From positions 360,001 through 392,000 of the forward strand of contig NZ_OW441264.1 in the NCBI RefSeq assembly GCF_936981045.1: DNA of 32,000 bases, written 5' to 3'. Shown piece by piece: positions 11,780 through 21,376 of the stretch. Position 1 is the stretch's first letter. Every line of letters begins with the position of its first letter. Position numbers and translations under genes: made by a program. The notes beneath the pieces were generated by a model. The model saw nothing but the letters and a program-made list of their open reading frames with translations, was not told the DNA's origin and searched no databases. The stretch is from Candidatus Saccharimonadota bacterium. Its GTDB lineage: Bacteria > Bacteroidota > Bacteroidia > Cytophagales > Amoebophilaceae.

Positions 11780-13420
11780 CTATTCCTTTAATAATCTCCT
11801 GAGTACTTTACCTATAGGTGATTTAGGTAAGCTATTACAAAATTCCACATATTTAGGTACTTTATAGCGGGCCATTTTTGCTTTACAATAGGCTATAATT
11901 TCCTCAGCAGTAAGCGTTGCATCCTTTTTTACAATACACACCTTAATCGCTTCCTTGAGTGTGACATCGGTTATCCCAATAGCGCCTACTTCTAATACTT
12001 TTGGGTGACCTATCAAGGTTTCCTCTATTTCATTCGGGTATACGTTAAAGCCAGAAATATTGATCATATCTTTTTTGCGGTCCACAATAGATACAAATCC
12101 ATTTTCATCCATTGTGGCTATATCGCCTGTTTTAAACCATCCATTCACAAAAGCGCCTGCTGTTTCTGTGGGTTTCTGCCAATAGGCTTGGGTCAGTTGA
12201 GGTCCTTTAATCAGTAGCTCGCCAGCTGTTCCATAGGGCACTTCTTTACCCGTTTCATCTGCTATGATTACAAATGTGCCAGGGAGTGGCATATGGCGCA
12301 TGCCATTAATCATATCGGTGGAGATAACAGGCGAACACTCTGTTAGACCATACCCTTCCATAAGTTTGCTACCGGTTAGGTGCTCCCACTGATTTTTAAC
12401 CTGTTCTTCCGTTTTCATGCCACCTGCTATGGTAAGCTTTAAAGCAGTAAGCTTTAGTTTTTTGAATTTTTTATGTGCCAATAACTTTTCAAATAATGTA
12501 TTAATGCCTATTAAACAAGTAGGTTTACTTTTCTGCAATTCTTTTATAAATCTGGGAATGTTTCTAGGATTCGTAATCAGTGAACATTTTACCCCCAGTT
12601 TGGCCATCATAAATAGGCTACCTAATCCGAAAATATGATAAAGTGGCAACGGAATGACGGCCCGTTCTTCTTTTTCCTTTAAGAAAAGACGCAGCACAGG
12701 TTCTGATTGTTGGAAATTAGCAGTAAGGTTCCCATGGGATAGAATAGCCCCTTTGCATACACCTGTCGTCCCGCCCGTATATTGTAAAAAAGCAGTATCA
12801 GAAGATTTTAAAGCAACAGGATGAAAAATAGCCTCTTTCCCGTTTGCTAAAACCTCCTTAAAAGAGATGGCGTGTAGTAGGCTGTAAGTAGGCACCAGTT
12901 TTTTAATATGCTTAATGGCAAAATTAAGCAACTTGCCTTTTATGGAACCAAGCATGTCACCTACCTTGGTAACAATAATGGTTTGAATAGATGTATCTGG
13001 TAAAATTTCAACCAGTTTGTGCGCAAAGTTTTCTAATATAACGATCGCACGCACACTTGCATCTTTAAGCTGGTAGGCCATTTCAGAAGGAGTGTACTGT
13101 GGATTGATGTGGACCACTACTAATCCAGCACGTAGCATACCCAACATGGCAATCGGATATTGTAATAGATTCGGTAGTTGGATGGCTACATGTGATCCTA
13201 CTGGTAAATTGGTATATTGCTGAATATAAGCTGCAAAAGATTTAGATAACTTATCTACTGCACTGAAAGTCAGTACTTTGCCCATGTTTTCACACATCGG
13301 CAAATCTTGATACTGCTCAAAAATTTCTTCCATGAAATGGACCAATGAGCTATATCTAGAAGTATCAACGGTGTGCGGGATGGACGCAGGATAATGCTGA
13401 ATCCAAGGTCTTCCTGTCAT
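11780..13420 (-). CDS. fadD: Long-chain fatty acid-CoA ligase (AMP-forming acyl-CoA synthetase family)
   Basis: 546 aa with AMP-binding signature LQYTGGTTGVCKGAILSHGNL, plus EGYGLTE, TGDIA and a C-terminal ..PKSPIGKVLRR motif. Confidence 0.88.
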   Translation of the reverse strand: MTGRPWIQHYPASIPHTVDTSRYSSLVHFMEEIFEQYQDLPMCENMGKVLTFSAVDKLSKSFAAYIQQYTNLPVGSHVAIQLPNLLQYPIAMLGMLRAGLVVVHINPQYTPSEMAYQLKDASVRAIVILENFAHKLVEILPDTSIQTIIVTKVGDMLGSIKGKLLNFAIKHIKKLVPTYSLLHAISFKEVLANGKEAIFHPVALKSSDTAFLQYTGGTTGVCKGAILSHGNLTANFQQSEPVLRLFLKEKEERAVIPLPLYHIFGLGSLFMMAKLGVKCSLITNPRNIPRFIKELQKSKPTCLIGINTLFEKLLAHKKFKKLKLTALKLTIAGGMKTEEQVKNQWEHLTGSKLMEGYGLTECSPVISTDMINGMRHMPLPGTFVIIADETGKEVPYGTAGELLIKGPQLTQAYWQKPTETAGAFVNGWFKTGDIATMDENGFVSIVDRKKDMINISGFNVYPNEIEETLIGHPKVLEVGAIGITDVTLKEAIKVCIVKKDATLTAEEIIAYCKAKMARYKVPKYVEFCNSLPKSPIGKVLRRLLKE

Positions 13421-13533
13421 AGTATGTAAAACAATTTTAGTGTTTTCTCAAACCCTCTTGCAATATAGTATAATTTTATAGAATGCGATGCGGATCATTT
13501 AAAATTTACCTATCTATCCAGATGATGCTATAA

Positions 13534-13774
13534 ACGTGAGTTCGGGATTAGATTATTTTTTCATTTGATAATCAATATTAATAAAAATTTATAAAATTTG
13601 TTTTATAGACAGTTAAATAGGTAGTTGAATAACAAATAATTCCGATAATCGGTTTATTATATATATTATATTTATAACAATTAAATATAAAAACTTGTTA
13701 AATAGGTGCAAATATTAACTAAATAATTGATATTAAATTGTTGTAAATCAGTCAAATAAATACCGAACTCACGT
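13534..13774 (+). mobile_element. MITE-like non-coding element, copy 4 (orientation A)
   Basis: ACGTGAGTTCGGGATTAGATT ... AAATACCGAACTCACGT, 241 nt. Exact 5-nt direct repeat TATAA / TATAA in the flanks. It lies 124 nt upstream of smpB. Confidence 0.9.
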
Positions 13775-13897
13775 TATAAGGCTTATTTTTTATTTGTATA
13801 GACCTGTTGGTCAGTGGTAGCTGTGAATGTGCGCCTTCTTTTACAATTTTATTTTTTAGATTTGGAAAATCTATAGAGATCATCTTTTTTTAAGCCT

Positions 13898-14347
13898 ATG
13901 TCAGGTAAGAAAACCCCATTTCAGGTTTGTATTAAGAATAGACAAGCCCATTTTTCCTATACTTTTTTAGATAGGTATACAGCTGGCCTTATTTTGAAAG
14001 GAACAGAAATAAAGTCCATTCGAATGGGTAAAGGGTCGCTTCAGGAGGCTTATTGTTATTTTGATCGCGGATCACTTTGGATAAAGGGGATGCATATTGC
14101 TGCCTATAGCCATGGTAACATCTATAATCATGAAGAGAAACGTGACCGTCAGTTGTTGTTGCAGAAAAAAGAATTTCAGAAATTACTTAAAAACCAAGCA
14201 AAAGGTTTGACTATTATTCCTATAGAATTGTTTATTAACCAACGTGGGTTTGCTAAGCTGGCCATTGTCTTGGCACGTGGTAAAAAACTATACGATAAAC
14301 GTCAGGCCATTAAAGAAAGGGACTTGGAACGATCTGGGCAGATGTGA
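13898..14347 (+). CDS. smpB: SsrA-binding protein (trans-translation)
   Basis: 149 aa. N(R)QAHFSYTFLDRYTAGLILKGTEIKSIR and the C-terminal basic tail KKLYDKRQAIKERD are typical of SmpB. Confidence 0.92.
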   Translation: MSGKKTPFQVCIKNRQAHFSYTFLDRYTAGLILKGTEIKSIRMGKGSLQEAYCYFDRGSLWIKGMHIAAYSHGNIYNHEEKRDRQLLLQKKEFQKLLKNQAKGLTIIPIELFINQRGFAKLAIVLARGKKLYDKRQAIKERDLERSGQM

Positions 14348-14542
14348 TCTATAATACGGGGGCGTCTGGGAGGGAATTTTGATTTGCTTTTTGCTGGATC
14401 AAAAAGTATGGATTACACCTTTCTTCTATGCATTTTGTTATAATTAGGAAAGCAGTGGGGGTTGGGGGTATTTAGTTTTGAGCTATTTATGTTGGATTTA
14501 AAATAGGCTTAGTGCGCTATCATATGAATCTTCAATTTTTGA

Positions 14543-15142
14543 ATGATGCATCACCATGCAAGTAAAATGACAATAGGGCAACTAGTATGGTCCTTTTTGC
14601 TCAGCCTCATGGTATGGGTCGAGTCAAATGCTGCATCTCCATCTAGCTTGCAAAGATTGAAAAAGGGGACCTATGATGAAAACCTTGCTGCATATAGGGT
14701 TGAATGTTGCAAACAGCCTAAAGCGGTAAAAAAAGTCCCCCTTGTGCCGTTAGTCTGCCCATTGGACCAAACCAACCATTTGGCACAACGTTTGGCGCAA
14801 CGAAAGGTAGCTTATGCGCATATGGGTTGCTTAAAGGGTTACACCATACAACTCTACATGGGTAGTAGTAGGACCGCAGCATTAAAGGTACAAGACTTCG
14901 TGAGCACCTTTATTTATCCTTCTGAACTCCGCTATAGGCAACCGCATTATATTGTGAAGCTTGGTTTTTTTTCGGATAGGCTAGAGGCCTATTTTGTCTA
15001 TCTGACTTTATTAAAAAAAATACCGGGTGCGGTGATTTGTCCTTGCATGTACACTAGGCAAGCCTATTTAGCCGCTATGCTGTACCCTCATGAGGCTGTA
15101 GCGTCCAATGATATAACTGACGATTCCCTGCCCTTAGGGTAA
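14543..15142 (+). CDS. Secreted SPOR-domain (peptidoglycan-binding) protein
   Basis: Signal-like segment MTIGQLVWSFLLSLMVWVESNA. The C-terminal block GYTIQLYMGSSRTAALKVQDFV..YIVKLGFFSDRLEAYFVYLTLLKKIPGAVI fits the SPOR repeat pattern. The start could be 14543 or the ATG at 14567. Confidence 0.55.
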   Translation: MMHHHASKMTIGQLVWSFLLSLMVWVESNAASPSSLQRLKKGTYDENLAAYRVECCKQPKAVKKVPLVPLVCPLDQTNHLAQRLAQRKVAYAHMGCLKGYTIQLYMGSSRTAALKVQDFVSTFIYPSELRYRQPHYIVKLGFFSDRLEAYFVYLTLLKKIPGAVICPCMYTRQAYLAAMLYPHEAVASNDITDDSLPLG

Positions 15143-15269
15143 TTATATAAAAGGTATGATGGGTGTAATCGTGCGCGCTATTCAATATTTTTGTTTATTT
15201 TTAAATAAACTATGCGCCCGCTATCTTTTATGGAAATACATGCCTTAAAGAGAAAATTTTGCACATGAT

Positions 15270-16439
15270 GTGCGCAAGACAATGAATATGACTATGATGC
15301 TTGGTATCTCCTGGTTAAGATATTTTTTTACCTTGTTCCCTTTGGTTTGGGTTACAGCTTGCGGAACAGGCCACCCTGATAGCGCCGATCCAGGTAAGGT
15401 AAGTTTGACAACAGGGCGTCCCTTTAATCAACCAGGTACGCTCTCTGTAGCCCCTTGTAAGCAAGCACCACCTATTCCAGGCATGGTCTATGTAGAAGGA
15501 GGGTATATGATCATGGGTAATTTAGGCGAAGATAGGCTTGGTACAGGAGGCTGTTGTGCCAAGCCTGTCACCGTGAATGCTTTTTGGATAGATCAAACAC
15601 CTATTACCAATTTGGCCTATAGAGAATACCTATATGATTTGCAACAGAGTGGTTTGATGGAACAATATAAAGTTGCTATGCCCAATCAGCAGGTTTTTGT
15701 AGAGGGATCTAGTTTTAATGACCCATTATTAGAAAATTATTTATATGCCCCTGGCTTTATATATTACCCCATTGTCGGTGTCAGTTGGGAACAAGCTACA
15801 GAATATTGTAAGTGGCGCACCAAAAAGCTTCAGGAGGCGGAAATGAAGAAACTTGAAGCAAAGCTAGCTGCTGAACCTCGTAGTGATACGGCTGCATCAG
15901 ATCTTGTGAATAAGCAGATGAGTGAAGCAGTAGCGCGACTTAAAGTTCGCCTGCCTACCGAAGCAGAATGGGAATATGCTGCGCGCGGTATAGTTGGTGT
16001 AGCTGGTATAGACTATTTGCAGCGCCATCAACGCATTTATCCTTGGGATGGTCCCTCTCCAAGAGGAAAAAATGGTCAGTTTTTAGCTAATTTTAAGCGC
16101 GGAAAGGGCAATTACAAGGGAATGGCTGGTGCATCTGACCATGCGGCATCTACTTCTTATGTCTATGCCTACCCTCCAAATGATCTCGATCTGTATGATA
16201 TGGTGGGTAATGTTTGTTGTTGGGTAAGTGATACTTACAGTCCGCTTTCCTTGCAAGAGACCAGTGATTTAAACCCTATTAGACGTGATGGCCAGGATGA
16301 TGCTAAAAAAGTGTATAAAGGCTGTTCTTGGGCGGATTGTCCCTATTTTTTACAAATAGGGACTCGGCGTTATTTGAATAAAGATGATACTACGGCTACA
16401 ATTGGATTCCGATGTGTGGTCTCTAGCTCAGGCCGATAA
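15270..16439 (+). CDS. SUMF1/FGE-sulfatase-domain lipoprotein, GldJ/GldK(PorK)-like
   Basis: Lipoprotein signal ..FPLVWVTACG. FGE-type motifs are GMVYVEGGYMIMG, FWIDQTPITNLAYREY, PIVGVSWEQATEYCKWR, RLPTEAEWEYAARG and GNVCCWVSD. The start is ambiguous (GTG 15270 or ATG 15282). Confidence 0.7.
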   Translation: MRKTMNMTMMLGISWLRYFFTLFPLVWVTACGTGHPDSADPGKVSLTTGRPFNQPGTLSVAPCKQAPPIPGMVYVEGGYMIMGNLGEDRLGTGGCCAKPVTVNAFWIDQTPITNLAYREYLYDLQQSGLMEQYKVAMPNQQVFVEGSSFNDPLLENYLYAPGFIYYPIVGVSWEQATEYCKWRTKKLQEAEMKKLEAKLAAEPRSDTAASDLVNKQMSEAVARLKVRLPTEAEWEYAARGIVGVAGIDYLQRHQRIYPWDGPSPRGKNGQFLANFKRGKGNYKGMAGASDHAASTSYVYAYPPNDLDLYDMVGNVCCWVSDTYSPLSLQETSDLNPIRRDGQDDAKKVYKGCSWADCPYFLQIGTRRYLNKDDTTATIGFRCVVSSSGR

Positions 16440-16447
16440 TGCTTTTT

Positions 16448-17140
16448 TTATGCTTCTACTACAGCTATTGTGGCAATACTCACTTCCGATGCACCTGATG
16501 CTAAAAGCGCATGGGTGCAAGAGGCTAATGTAGCCCCTGTAGTGAGAATATCATCTACCAGAAAAAGATGTTTGCCTGTTAGTAAACCTGGTTCTATGAC
16601 TTTAAAGGCGCCTTCAAGATTGGTTATACATTCTGTTTTGTTTTTCTTGGTTTGGGAGGGCGTATCGCCGATGCGTGCTATACATTTTGGGTAGAAGGGG
16701 ATGTGTAATGCAGCAGAAAGTCCTTTTGCAAAAAAGTCACTTTGGTTGTATCCCCGTTCTTTGAATCTTTTGGGGTGTAAAGGAATCGCTACGATCGCAT
16801 CGATGGTTTGCATAATCGACAGCTGATTCAAGATATTTCCATAGTGCCATCCTAGTATCTCTCCAATTTTGGGTTGGTTGTTATACTTCATTGCAAAGAG
16901 CACTTGCTCAAAATGACTCTTCTTTCTTAACTTGTAAAGCGCAAATCCATAGGTTATAGTTGCTTTATCTATAAAATGGTTGGTGATAGCGCTATCTACT
17001 AAGGTATGGGAATCTGTTTCTGGAAATGAACTGAAACAAATGGTACAAATCAATGTTTCTCCATGCACAAGTGTATGGTTGAACCTTGCGCATAGGGGTG
17101 GGAACAACACATCTAATAGCCCGGCTATAAATCGTTTCAT
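16448..17140 (-). CDS. comF: ComF-family phosphoribosyltransferase-domain protein
   Basis: N-terminal Cys-rich segment (LCARF..LICTIC) and C-terminal PRPP-binding motif LFLVDDILTTGATL. Confidence 0.8.
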   Translation of the reverse strand: MKRFIAGLLDVLFPPLCARFNHTLVHGETLICTICFSSFPETDSHTLVDSAITNHFIDKATITYGFALYKLRKKSHFEQVLFAMKYNNQPKIGEILGWHYGNILNQLSIMQTIDAIVAIPLHPKRFKERGYNQSDFFAKGLSAALHIPFYPKCIARIGDTPSQTKKNKTECITNLEGAFKVIEPGLLTGKHLFLVDDILTTGATLASCTHALLASGASEVSIATIAVVEA

Positions 17141-17212
17141 GGTGTATTTTATATGCTCTTTATTTCTTGATAAAAAAGTAAGATAAAAATTCCTTTTAAA
17201 AGTCTATTTTTT

Positions 17213-18475
17213 ATGCCCGATAGAACCATTCCACCAAAATTTAAAGCAATTGAAACTATTGACTTTCCATCGCCGGAAAGGCATATACTTTCGAATGGGA
17301 TGCCGCTTTATCTCCTAAATATGGGCAGTCAACCCATTATAGAATTAGAGTTGATTTTTAAATCGGGTAGTTGCTATGAGCGGCATCCAGGTGCAGCCTA
17401 TTTTACTGCTGCTATGTTACTAGAGGGTACTGTAACCAAAAGTACTCAAGATATTGCCCACATCATCGATTATTATGGTGCAACTATTGGCACGCGAGTA
17501 CAGAAGGACTTTTGCACCATTTCTCTTTCCACGCTTGCTAAGCATCTTAGTCCCGTGTTAGACTTATTAGTAGAGATACTATTGACCGCTAGTTTTCCTG
17601 AAAAATCACTCCGATTGCTGAAAAATGTAAAAGCGCAAGCCATTCAAATGGCCGATAAGAAGAATAATCAGGTAGCCTATAAGCGATTTTGTACAGCGCT
17701 CTTTACAGCAGCACATCCTTATGGAAGGCATCTAACCGTGCAAGATGTTGCTGGCATTCAACGAGCCGATTTACACCACCATTATGAGCAAGTACTCTTT
17801 GCGCATGGTTCTGCTTTTGTGAGTGGATGGGTTACTCCAGCCGCCTTACAACGCATCAAACAATCCCTAGAACAGCTAACCCCAACAAAAGATTTGCAAG
17901 TAGGTCTAATGCCATGTAGCAATCCTACTGAAAAAGTAGACTTAGTGGATGGGCAACATTTGCAGTCTGCCATTGTAATCGGTAAAAAATTATTGGTCAA
18001 AAAGGAACCAGATTTTTTACCCATGGTTGTGGTCAATACCCTTTTAGGTGGTTATTTTGGTTCTCGGTTGATGCGGAACATTCGAGAAGACAAAGGCTAT
18101 ACTTATGGGATTCATTCCAGTATGGTAGCTTTGCTACAAGCTGGTTACCTAGCCATCACTACAGAAGTAGCGCAAGAAGTGACTCAGGCAACCATCCAAG
18201 AAATTTATAAAGAAATAGAAATATTACAGCATGAACAGATTCCAGAGGAAGCCTTACAAAATGTTAAAAATTACTTACTGGGTCACTTTTTAACAACCAT
18301 TAACGATCCCTTTGCTATCATGCAAAAGTTTCAAGCAGCCTACCTGCATGGCTTAGACCAAAGTTATTATGCTACATTTTTCCATCAGGTGCGTCACATA
18401 ACCCCTCTAGAAATTAGAAACTTAGCACAAAAATACTTATCTTTAGATACCTTTACAGAGGTGGTTGTGCGCTGA
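17213..18475 (+). CDS. M16 (pitrilysin/insulinase) family peptidase homolog lacking the HxxEH zinc motif
   Basis: 420 aa with the M16 two-domain layout (..GSRLMRNIREDKGYTYGI..). The position of the zinc motif reads GAAYFTAAMLLEG rather than G.AHxxEH, so this is probably a non-catalytic subunit type. Confidence 0.75.
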   Translation: MPDRTIPPKFKAIETIDFPSPERHILSNGMPLYLLNMGSQPIIELELIFKSGSCYERHPGAAYFTAAMLLEGTVTKSTQDIAHIIDYYGATIGTRVQKDFCTISLSTLAKHLSPVLDLLVEILLTASFPEKSLRLLKNVKAQAIQMADKKNNQVAYKRFCTALFTAAHPYGRHLTVQDVAGIQRADLHHHYEQVLFAHGSAFVSGWVTPAALQRIKQSLEQLTPTKDLQVGLMPCSNPTEKVDLVDGQHLQSAIVIGKKLLVKKEPDFLPMVVVNTLLGGYFGSRLMRNIREDKGYTYGIHSSMVALLQAGYLAITTEVAQEVTQATIQEIYKEIEILQHEQIPEEALQNVKNYLLGHFLTTINDPFAIMQKFQAAYLHGLDQSYYATFFHQVRHITPLEIRNLAQKYLSLDTFTEVVVR

Positions 18476-18623
18476 TGCACCTAACTTTGTAGTAGGAGGA
18501 GCGACTATATAGCGCTTTCATTGCCTTTAATTTGCATTTTATCCAATAAGGGGGTATATTTGGGGCCTTTAGTTTTTTAGGGCCTCAAGTTTTTTTGTTG
18601 GTTCAACTTTTTCTTTAAAAAGC

Positions 18624-19073
18624 GTGGATTATATCAGTTATAAGACAAAATATGCTAACAAGCAAAGTGTTAACAAACAATGGATTGTTGTTGATGCTTC
18701 ATTTCAGCCGTTGGGTAGATTCGCTAGCCGGCTTGCGTACATCATTCGTGGAAAGCATAAGCCCAATTTTACGCCTCATGTAGATGGAGGGGATCATGTT
18801 ATCGTTTTGAATGCTGATAAAATAGTTTTATCGGGTAGTAAATCGGTAAAAAAAACCTATACCACTTATTCGGGTTACCCTGGTGGGTTAAAGCGTGCTA
18901 CACTTCAAGAAGTTCAAGCGGTCAACCCCAAACGTGTGATAGAGCATGCTGTAAAAGGTATGTTGCCTAAAAATAGGTTGGGCAGAAGGTTGTTGCACAA
19001 CTTACATGTTTGTGAAGGATCTGTTCATCCATATGCAGCTCAAAAACCAACCCCAGTAACCCTAAAGTACTAA
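18624..19073 (+). CDS. rplM: 50S ribosomal protein L13
   Basis: KQWIVVDASFQPLGRFASRLAYIIRGKHKPNFTPHVDGGDHVIVLNADKI. GTG start at 18624. Confidence 0.93.
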   Translation: MDYISYKTKYANKQSVNKQWIVVDASFQPLGRFASRLAYIIRGKHKPNFTPHVDGGDHVIVLNADKIVLSGSKSVKKTYTTYSGYPGGLKRATLQEVQAVNPKRVIEHAVKGMLPKNRLGRRLLHNLHVCEGSVHPYAAQKPTPVTLKY

Positions 19074-19083
19074 TTATTAACGG

Positions 19084-19473
19084 ATGGAGACAGTCAATGC
19101 AGTAGGTCGAAGAAAGACCGCCGTAGCTAGGGTTTATCTTATGAAAGGGACAGGAGATATTGTCATTAATCATAAGCCACTTTTAGATTATTTCCTAGTA
19201 GAAGAAATTAGTCTAATCGTTAAGCAACCTTTGGAAAAATTAGATAAGGCAGGCCAGTATAACCTGAAAGTTAACGTTGTAGGTGGGGGATTGCGTGGGC
19301 AGGCTGAAGCCATTCGCTTGGGTATTGCTAGGGCGCTTTGTAAATTGGACTTAGAAAACAATAGGCCTATCTTGAAGAAAGAAGGCTTCTTAACCAGGGA
19401 TGCTAGAGTCGTGGAGCGTAAAAAATATGGTCGTAAAAAGTCGAGAAAGAAATTCCAGTTTACAAAACGTTAG
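19084..19473 (+). CDS. rpsI: 30S ribosomal protein S9
   Basis: GRRKTAVARVYL near the N-terminus and the C-terminal KKYGRKKSRKKFQFTKR. Confidence 0.95.
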   Translation: METVNAVGRRKTAVARVYLMKGTGDIVINHKPLLDYFLVEEISLIVKQPLEKLDKAGQYNLKVNVVGGGLRGQAEAIRLGIARALCKLDLENNRPILKKEGFLTRDARVVERKKYGRKKSRKKFQFTKR

Positions 19474-19510
19474 ACCTATTCTCATATGTTATTATTTGTT
19501 ATTACCCATA

Positions 19511-20410
19511 ATGATAAAATTAGAATTCAAAGCACTACTTGATGCGGGCGTCCATTTTGGTCATCTGACTAGGAAATGGCATCCTAAGATGGCTCCCTTT
19601 ATTTTTATGAAGCAGAATGGTATACATATCATTGATCTGAACCAAACGATTACCTGTATGCAAGAGGCTGCTTTGCAACTCAATGCAATGGCACAAGCTG
19701 GGAAAAAGATTTTGTTTGTGGCTACTAAAAAACAAATTAAAGCCTCTGCAGAGCAGGCAGCACAAGACTTAGGTATGCCTTATGTTACAGAACGATGGCT
19801 TGGTGGTACACTTACTAATTTTGTAAATACGCGCAAGCTATTAAAGCGCATGCTTTCCATAGAAAAAAACATGCATATGGCTGCTTATAAAAACTTAGCC
19901 AAAAAAGAAAGGTTGGTTATTGCGCGAGAGCAAGAGAAGCTCAATAGAATATTGAAGGGATTAGCCAATGTTACAAGGTTGCCATCTGCACTATTTGTAA
20001 TTGATATTAAGGAGGAGCATATTGCTGTTGAGGAAGCTCGAAAATTGGGTATTCCGGTTTTTGCCCTTGTAGATACCAATACAAATCCAGATATCGTTGA
20101 TTTTCCTATTCCTGGTAATGATGATGCATTCCGTTCTGTTGATATTGTAGTGCGTTATCTCGCTGAGGCAATTAAAGAAGGTATAGCATCCTATAGAAAA
20201 GAGAAAGCAGAAACAGCTCCTAAAAGGGAGGAAGAATCCCTCAGTAACGCAGGAAACAAGGTGCTTCCTAAAAGGGGTATAAGAGTGGTGCAGGGCGTGG
20301 TAATCAAGAGAACCGTTCCTTCTAAAGCTAAAGTTTCTAGACCTGAAGCTAAGGAAAAAGTGACCGCAGCTCCTGCGTCACCTAAGGGCCAACCAGAAAA
20401 AGAAAAATAA
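19511..20410 (+). CDS. rpsB: 30S ribosomal protein S2 (with a Lys/Glu/Pro-rich C-terminal extension)
   Basis: MIKLEFKALLDAGVHFGHLTRKWHPKMAPFIF is the normal S2 N-terminus. The listed ORF start at 19400 overlaps rpsI and is not credible, so the ATG at 19511 in the same frame is used. Confidence 0.92.
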   Translation: MIKLEFKALLDAGVHFGHLTRKWHPKMAPFIFMKQNGIHIIDLNQTITCMQEAALQLNAMAQAGKKILFVATKKQIKASAEQAAQDLGMPYVTERWLGGTLTNFVNTRKLLKRMLSIEKNMHMAAYKNLAKKERLVIAREQEKLNRILKGLANVTRLPSALFVIDIKEEHIAVEEARKLGIPVFALVDTNTNPDIVDFPIPGNDDAFRSVDIVVRYLAEAIKEGIASYRKEKAETAPKREEESLSNAGNKVLPKRGIRVVQGVVIKRTVPSKAKVSRPEAKEKVTAAPASPKGQPEKEK

Positions 20411-20442
20411 TCATTAAGTCATTGCGATATTCTAAATAATAT

Positions 20443-21276
20443 ATGGTTGTTAGAGCAGAAGAAGTAGCTGCACTGAGAAAAAGAACAGGTGCAGGAATGA
20501 TGGATTGTAAAAAAGCATTGATTGAGGCAGGTGGTGATGTTGAGCAAGCCATTGATTTGCTTAGAAAGAAAGGGCAAAAAATACTTGCAAATCGCGTAAC
20601 ACATCATGCAAGTGAAGGCGCTGTTTTTGCTTGTGCAAGTTTAGACAATAGGGAGTCTTTCTTATTGGCGCTTAACTGTGAGACCGACTTTGTAGCTAAA
20701 AACGAGCTGTTTTTGCAATTGGGCCAATCAATTTTGGAGGTTGCAGTAGTGCATAAACCTATTTCCATAGCCGCACTAGAAGCCTTGCCATTGGGCAATG
20801 GAACCGTTCAGGAGGCCATTCTGGCATCTACTGGTACCACTGGTGAAAAAATTACAATTTCTACTTATGAAACCTTAGCCGCTGAGGTAACGGTTTCCTA
20901 TATCCATACGGGTAATCGTTTAGCTGTTTTGGTAGCCTTACAAGGCGCTCAAGGTGAACAAGTGATCGCTGCAGGTAGAGATGTTGCCATGCAAGTAGCT
21001 GCTATGAATCCAGTAGCGGTTGATAAAGATCAAGTTGACCCAGCTGTCATAGAAAGGGAATCAGCCGTTATCCAAGCACAAATTATGGATGCAGGGTATG
21101 ATGGCGCTAAGGCCGACAAAATAACACAAGCTAGATTACATAAGTTTTTTCAGGAAAATACCCTATTGCAGCAACCATTTGTGAAGCATGGTAAGTTGAC
21201 TGTAGCCCAATACCTTAAGACCGTTGCGCCATCTTTAACGGTTACTGCATTCAAACGCATTGATGTGGGTGCATAA
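20443..21276 (+). CDS. tsf: Translation elongation factor Ts
   Basis: N-terminal VAALRKRTGAGMMDCKKALIEAGGDVEQAIDLLRKKG and the conserved rpsB-tsf gene order. Confidence 0.93.
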   Translation: MVVRAEEVAALRKRTGAGMMDCKKALIEAGGDVEQAIDLLRKKGQKILANRVTHHASEGAVFACASLDNRESFLLALNCETDFVAKNELFLQLGQSILEVAVVHKPISIAALEALPLGNGTVQEAILASTGTTGEKITISTYETLAAEVTVSYIHTGNRLAVLVALQGAQGEQVIAAGRDVAMQVAAMNPVAVDKDQVDPAVIERESAVIQAQIMDAGYDGAKADKITQARLHKFFQENTLLQQPFVKHGKLTVAQYLKTVAPSLTVTAFKRIDVGA

Positions 21277-21376
21277 TTTCTCCTTTTATGCTAAAAAAGC
21301 CACTTTTTGTTTCCTTTCCCTGCACTAGGGTATATGCACCCTGATAGCAATTTAATAACCCCTAAGAGGCACCTAA

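Noticed and set aside
19400-19510. An rpsB start at 19400, giving a 336-aa protein that overlaps rpsI
   Set aside because: The extra N-terminal residues have no S2 similarity and overlap the S9 C-terminus. The conserved S2 N-terminus begins at the ATG at 19511.
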